Source: Fibrobacterales bacterium (lineage in GTDB: Bacteria; Fibrobacterota; Fibrobacteria; Fibrobacterales; JAOPTW01). Taken from it: a DNA stretch of 56,052 nucleotides. A program made the translations under genes and the position numbers. A model generated the notes under the pieces. That model was not told the DNA's origin and ran no database searches. It worked only from the letters and a program-made list of their open reading frames with translations. The stretch is from the NCBI GenBank assembly GCA_051532055.1, contig JAOPTX010000024.1, forward strand, positions 1 through 56,052. Direction: 5' to 3'. Shown here piece after piece: positions 52,938 to 56,052 of the stretch (within the stretch, counting starts at the first letter, position 1; every line of letters starts with the position of its first letter).

Positions 52938-53369
52938 CTAGATACTGTAATCGTTGTGTTGCACTGTTTTTTCTTTATCTACTAAACTTTGTATGGTGTG
53001 TTTTGAGAGGACAGCCTGTTGTGCTTGGTGAAGTTCAATCCAAATAGGGCGGGTAATGCATTCATTTGTCTGAGCGCAGTCATCGTTGGTAGTGCAGGGT
53101 ACGGGGGCTTGGCTCCCTTCGAGTGCATTAAAAATATCAAGGAGGGTTACGTCTTCGGGCTCGCGACGCATTATAAAGCCACCTTTGGCACCGCGGATTG
53201 TATTTATAATTCCGCTGTTCTTTAAAGAGATTAGTATATTTTCTAAGTAGGAATCAGGGATGCCCTGAGTAGCCACAATGTCTTTTCTTTTCGTGGGTTT
53301 GACATTGAAATTTTTAGCAATCTCAATAATTGCTCGGGTCCCATATCTCGTTTTCGTTGAAAGCTTCAT
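52938..53369 (-). CDS. Rrf2-family transcriptional regulator (3-Cys)
   Basis: [22 protein letters not shown]-x5-C-x5-C. Confidence 0.92.
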   Translation of the reverse strand: MKLSTKTRYGTRAIIEIAKNFNVKPTKRKDIVATQGIPDSYLENILISLKNSGIINTIRGAKGGFIMRREPEDVTLLDIFNALEGSQAPVPCTTNDDCAQTNECITRPIWIELHQAQQAVLSKHTIQSLVDKEKTVQHNDYSI

Positions 53370-53398
53370 ACTACCCAATGTTGATAAACATAGTGAAC

Positions 53399-53427
53399 AA
53401 TCTATAATTTCTGTGATTTGTTGTCAA
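53399..53427 (-). promoter_or_regulatory. Sigma70-type promoter of rrf2-cysK-metY
   Basis: TTGACA-N17-TAGATT on the minus strand. Confidence 0.65.
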
Positions 53428-53557
53428 GTGACTATTTTGGGTAGGTCATACTTGTAGCGAATTCAATGATTGATCTTGATACGTATATCTGCAAAAGGTC
53501 ACTTTCCCAGTTCTCAGTCTGTTATTATGGTTTTCAATGTTTTCATTCGAAGAAGAA

Positions 53558-54286
53558 CTAGCCTCTATATTTTAGTACTTCGCCAACGACAAGAAGGGCG
53601 GCGTGAGTGAGCCTTCCTGTAGGGAGTCTGTCACATATCTCTGAGATTGTTGATTCTACCAGTTCCGCATCAGGGTGGGTGGCGTTAAAGATGAGGGCAC
53701 AAGGAGTACTTGGATCTCTACCACTGTCCAGTAAAAGGTCCATGTTGGCCTTCAAGTTGTGACATACCATATACAGGGCAAGGGTGCCTCGTTTGGGGAG
53801 TGATGCCCAGTCGACAAGGTTAGGTGTGGGCCCTGCAGATTTGTGTGCAGTAGCAAAGGTGATATCGGATGAGACTTCTCTGAGGGTGAGTGGAATTGAA
53901 AACTGGGCTGCTGCGCCAAATGCAGCGCTAATGCCTGGTATGACCGAGTGAGGTATCTGGTGTTCTTTCAGGACTTCTATCTCTTCGCCACCTCTACCAA
54001 AGATAAAGGGGTCTCCACATTTAAGACGGACGACTGTTTTGCCTTTGAGTGCCTCTTCGATGACACGTGGATCTAGCTTAGGTGAGGCGGGGGATTGGGT
54101 AAGTGCTCTTCTGCCGACACATATTTTTACGGTAGACTCTGGGATGAGCGCCATCACTTCAGGTGTAATGAGTTTATCGTAGGCAATGACGTCTGCGGAC
54201 TCTATTGCTTTGAGTGCTTTGATGGTGAGAAGGTCGGGGTCGCCTGGTCCTGCGCCAACAAGTATTACATGTCCGGTGGTACTCAT
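53558..54286 (-). CDS. cobA: Uroporphyrinogen-III C-methyltransferase (SUMT)
   Basis: VGAGPGDPDLLT, RLKCGDPFIFGRGGEE, PGIS. Confidence 0.93.
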   Translation of the reverse strand: MSTTGHVILVGAGPGDPDLLTIKALKAIESADVIAYDKLITPEVMALIPESTVKICVGRRALTQSPASPKLDPRVIEEALKGKTVVRLKCGDPFIFGRGGEEIEVLKEHQIPHSVIPGISAAFGAAAQFSIPLTLREVSSDITFATAHKSAGPTPNLVDWASLPKRGTLALYMVCHNLKANMDLLLDSGRDPSTPCALIFNATHPDAELVESTISEICDRLPTGRLTHAALLVVGEVLKYRG

Positions 54287-54475
54287 AAAGGCCTCATTAT
54301 TAAAAAGAGTGTTTTGATGTAAATAACATCATCGTATCCATTAATTATACTGCATTTCGATTACAAATCTGAAATAGAAAGCTATTATCAGGAGCAATTC
54401 TAGAAAAGATTGGAACAATTTCAATAAATTTGTATATTAATGTTCACAAACATTATAAACATTGTGACTTTAAAG

Positions 54476-55153
54476 ATGAGTAAGAAAAAAGAATCATTAG
54501 AATTAATCAAAAATAAGCTCCAAGAGCATGGCGATACGATATCGTTTGCATGTAGTTTTGGTGCTGAAGATGTGCTTATGGTTGATCTGCTTCATGAGAG
54601 TGGCCTTCCATTTCGTCTTTTTTCAATTGATACCGGTCGTCTTCCTGAAGAGACATTGGAATGTGCTGATGCGCTTGTTCAAAAATATGGTGTCTCTATT
54701 GAATGGTATTTTCCGAAGCATGAGCCTGTTGAAGCGCTTGAGCGTGAAAAAGGAATGTTCTCTTTTCGTCAAAGTTTAGAACTTCGGAAAGAGTGTTGTG
54801 CTGTTCGAAAAATTGAACCACTCAACCGAGCTATTGGTGAACTCAAGGCTTGGTTTACAGGGATTCGTGCTGAACAGAGTATTACGCGGTATCTTACCAA
54901 ATCAATTGAAGTGGATGAAGGTAATGGTGGTATCGAAAAAGTGAACCCCCTTGTTGATTGGTTGGAGCAGGAAGTGTGGGATTATATAAAAGAAAATAAT
55001 GTACCGTATAATAAACTCCACGACATGGGGTATCCCTCAATAGGATGTGCGCCATGTACTCGGGCAATTGCTACCGGTGAAGAAGCACGTGCTGGACGTT
55101 GGTGGTGGGAAACTCCCGAAAATAAAGAGTGTGGATTACATATAAAGAAATAA
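54476..55153 (+). CDS. cysH: Adenylyl-sulfate (APS) reductase, [4Fe-4S] type
   Basis: SFGAED, DTGRL, ECC..RK, SIGCAPCT, RAGRW, ECGLH. Confidence 0.93.
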   Translation: MSKKKESLELIKNKLQEHGDTISFACSFGAEDVLMVDLLHESGLPFRLFSIDTGRLPEETLECADALVQKYGVSIEWYFPKHEPVEALEREKGMFSFRQSLELRKECCAVRKIEPLNRAIGELKAWFTGIRAEQSITRYLTKSIEVDEGNGGIEKVNPLVDWLEQEVWDYIKENNVPYNKLHDMGYPSIGCAPCTRAIATGEEARAGRWWWETPENKECGLHIKK

Positions 55154-55207
55154 GAATTAAGGATTGAGAATAAAGAATTAAACATTCTGAACTCACGAAG
55201 AGGAATT

Positions 55208-56052
55208 ATGGATCAAATAGAAAAGTTAGAAGCATTAAGTGTAAGAATACTACGGGAGACCTACCGTAATTTTGATAACATGGCCATGGCATGGTCTATT
55301 GGTAAAGATAGTACGGTGCTTTTATGGCTTGCACGAAAAGCATTTTTTGGCCACGTACCATTTCCGTTGGTGCACATTGATACTGCTTATAAGATTCCTG
55401 CAATGATTGAGTATCGTGATAAAATTGCTCTCGATTGGGGCCTTAATATGGTGTACGGTCAGAATACTAAGGCGCTTAAAAAAAAGCAGACCTATCCTGA
55501 TGGAAATATTGACCGATTGTCTTGTTGTAAAAACCTTAAGAGTGATGCTCTTAAAGCGACTCTTCAAGGGACATGGGATCGCTACAAGTTAAATCATGAA
55601 ACAAAAGAGTACGATATTGATCCAAATAAAGAACCATATACTGGTCTTATTGTTGGGGCTCGTGCAGATGAAGAGGGTTCTCGTTCAAAAGAACGATATT
55701 TTTCTCCTCGTGATAAAAATAATGACTGGGATGTTGGTGATCAGCCTCCAGAACTGTGGAGTCACTTTAAGACAGACTTTGCGGCTGGAACTCATGTACG
55801 TATTCACCCATTGCTTGATTGGACGGAACTCAATATTTGGGAGTATATTCAACGTGAAAATATACCGATTATCGATCTCTATTTCTCTAATAAAGAGGGG
55901 AAACGATACCGGTCTCTTGGATGTTTTCCATGTACTTCACCTATTGATTCCCCTGCAAAAAATGTAGATGAAATTGTTGAAGAACTCAGAAGTGGAAATT
56001 TAAAGAATATAGCAGAGCGTTCAGGCCGTGAACAAGATAAAGAAGATGGTGG
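55208..56052 (+). CDS. cysD: Sulfate adenylyltransferase subunit 2; runs off the window
   Basis: Not in the ORF track. MDQIEKLEA...WSIGKDS...HIDT...[15 protein letters not shown]...[10 protein letters not shown]...YRSLGC. Confidence 0.93.
   Translation, partial: MDQIEKLEALSVRILRETYRNFDNMAMAWSIGKDSTVLLWLARKAFFGHVPFPLVHIDTAYKIPAMIEYRDKIALDWGLNMVYGQNTKALKKKQTYPDGNIDRLSCCKNLKSDALKATLQGTWDRYKLNHETKEYDIDPNKEPYTGLIVGARADEEGSRSKERYFSPRDKNNDWDVGDQPPELWSHFKTDFAAGTHVRIHPLLDWTELNIWEYIQRENIPIIDLYFSNKEGKRYRSLGCFPCTSPIDSPAKNVDEIVEELRSGNLKNIAERSGREQDKEDG

Noticed and set aside
1..56052. Prophage, IS, integron or anti-phage defence system
   Set aside because: No integrase, transposase, phage structural or recognisable defence genes were seen.

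Overview
Bacterial chromosomal window with no rRNA, tRNA, CRISPR array or recognisable mobile element. Ser-rich lipoprotein linkers, DUF2341/LamG proteins and secreted carbohydrate-active proteins suggest a Fibrobacterota-like organism (inference). Left to right: (1) secreted/surface proteins: a lipoprotein with 17 Cys/Asp-rich repeats missed by the ORF track, a CBM6-FN3-EEP lipoprotein, a GH26 mannanase, and two paralogous LamG proteins around an S4-domain gene; (2) a Wzx/Wzy-dependent exopolysaccharide locus lacking wzb; (3) alr, then an operon of three lycopene-cyclase-like membrane proteins with no carotenoid genes nearby; (4) a vWA lipoprotein carrying the same Cys/Asp repeats, asd, gcvH, and a porin/PstS-like/MCP trio; (5) a Cys-rich PAS sigma54 activator divergent from a sigma54 promoter preceding ahpC-trx-(zwf remnant)-pgl, followed by other redox/stress genes; (6) a sulfur assimilation/Fe-S region (fpr, bioB, mnmA, metY, cysK, Rrf2, cobA, cysH, cysD). 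The best candidates for undescribed systems are the orphan lycopene-cyclase-like triad, the putative Fe-S-sensing sigma54 antioxidant switch, and the mobile Cys/Asp repeat module. All calls come from reading motifs by eye; no database searches were run.
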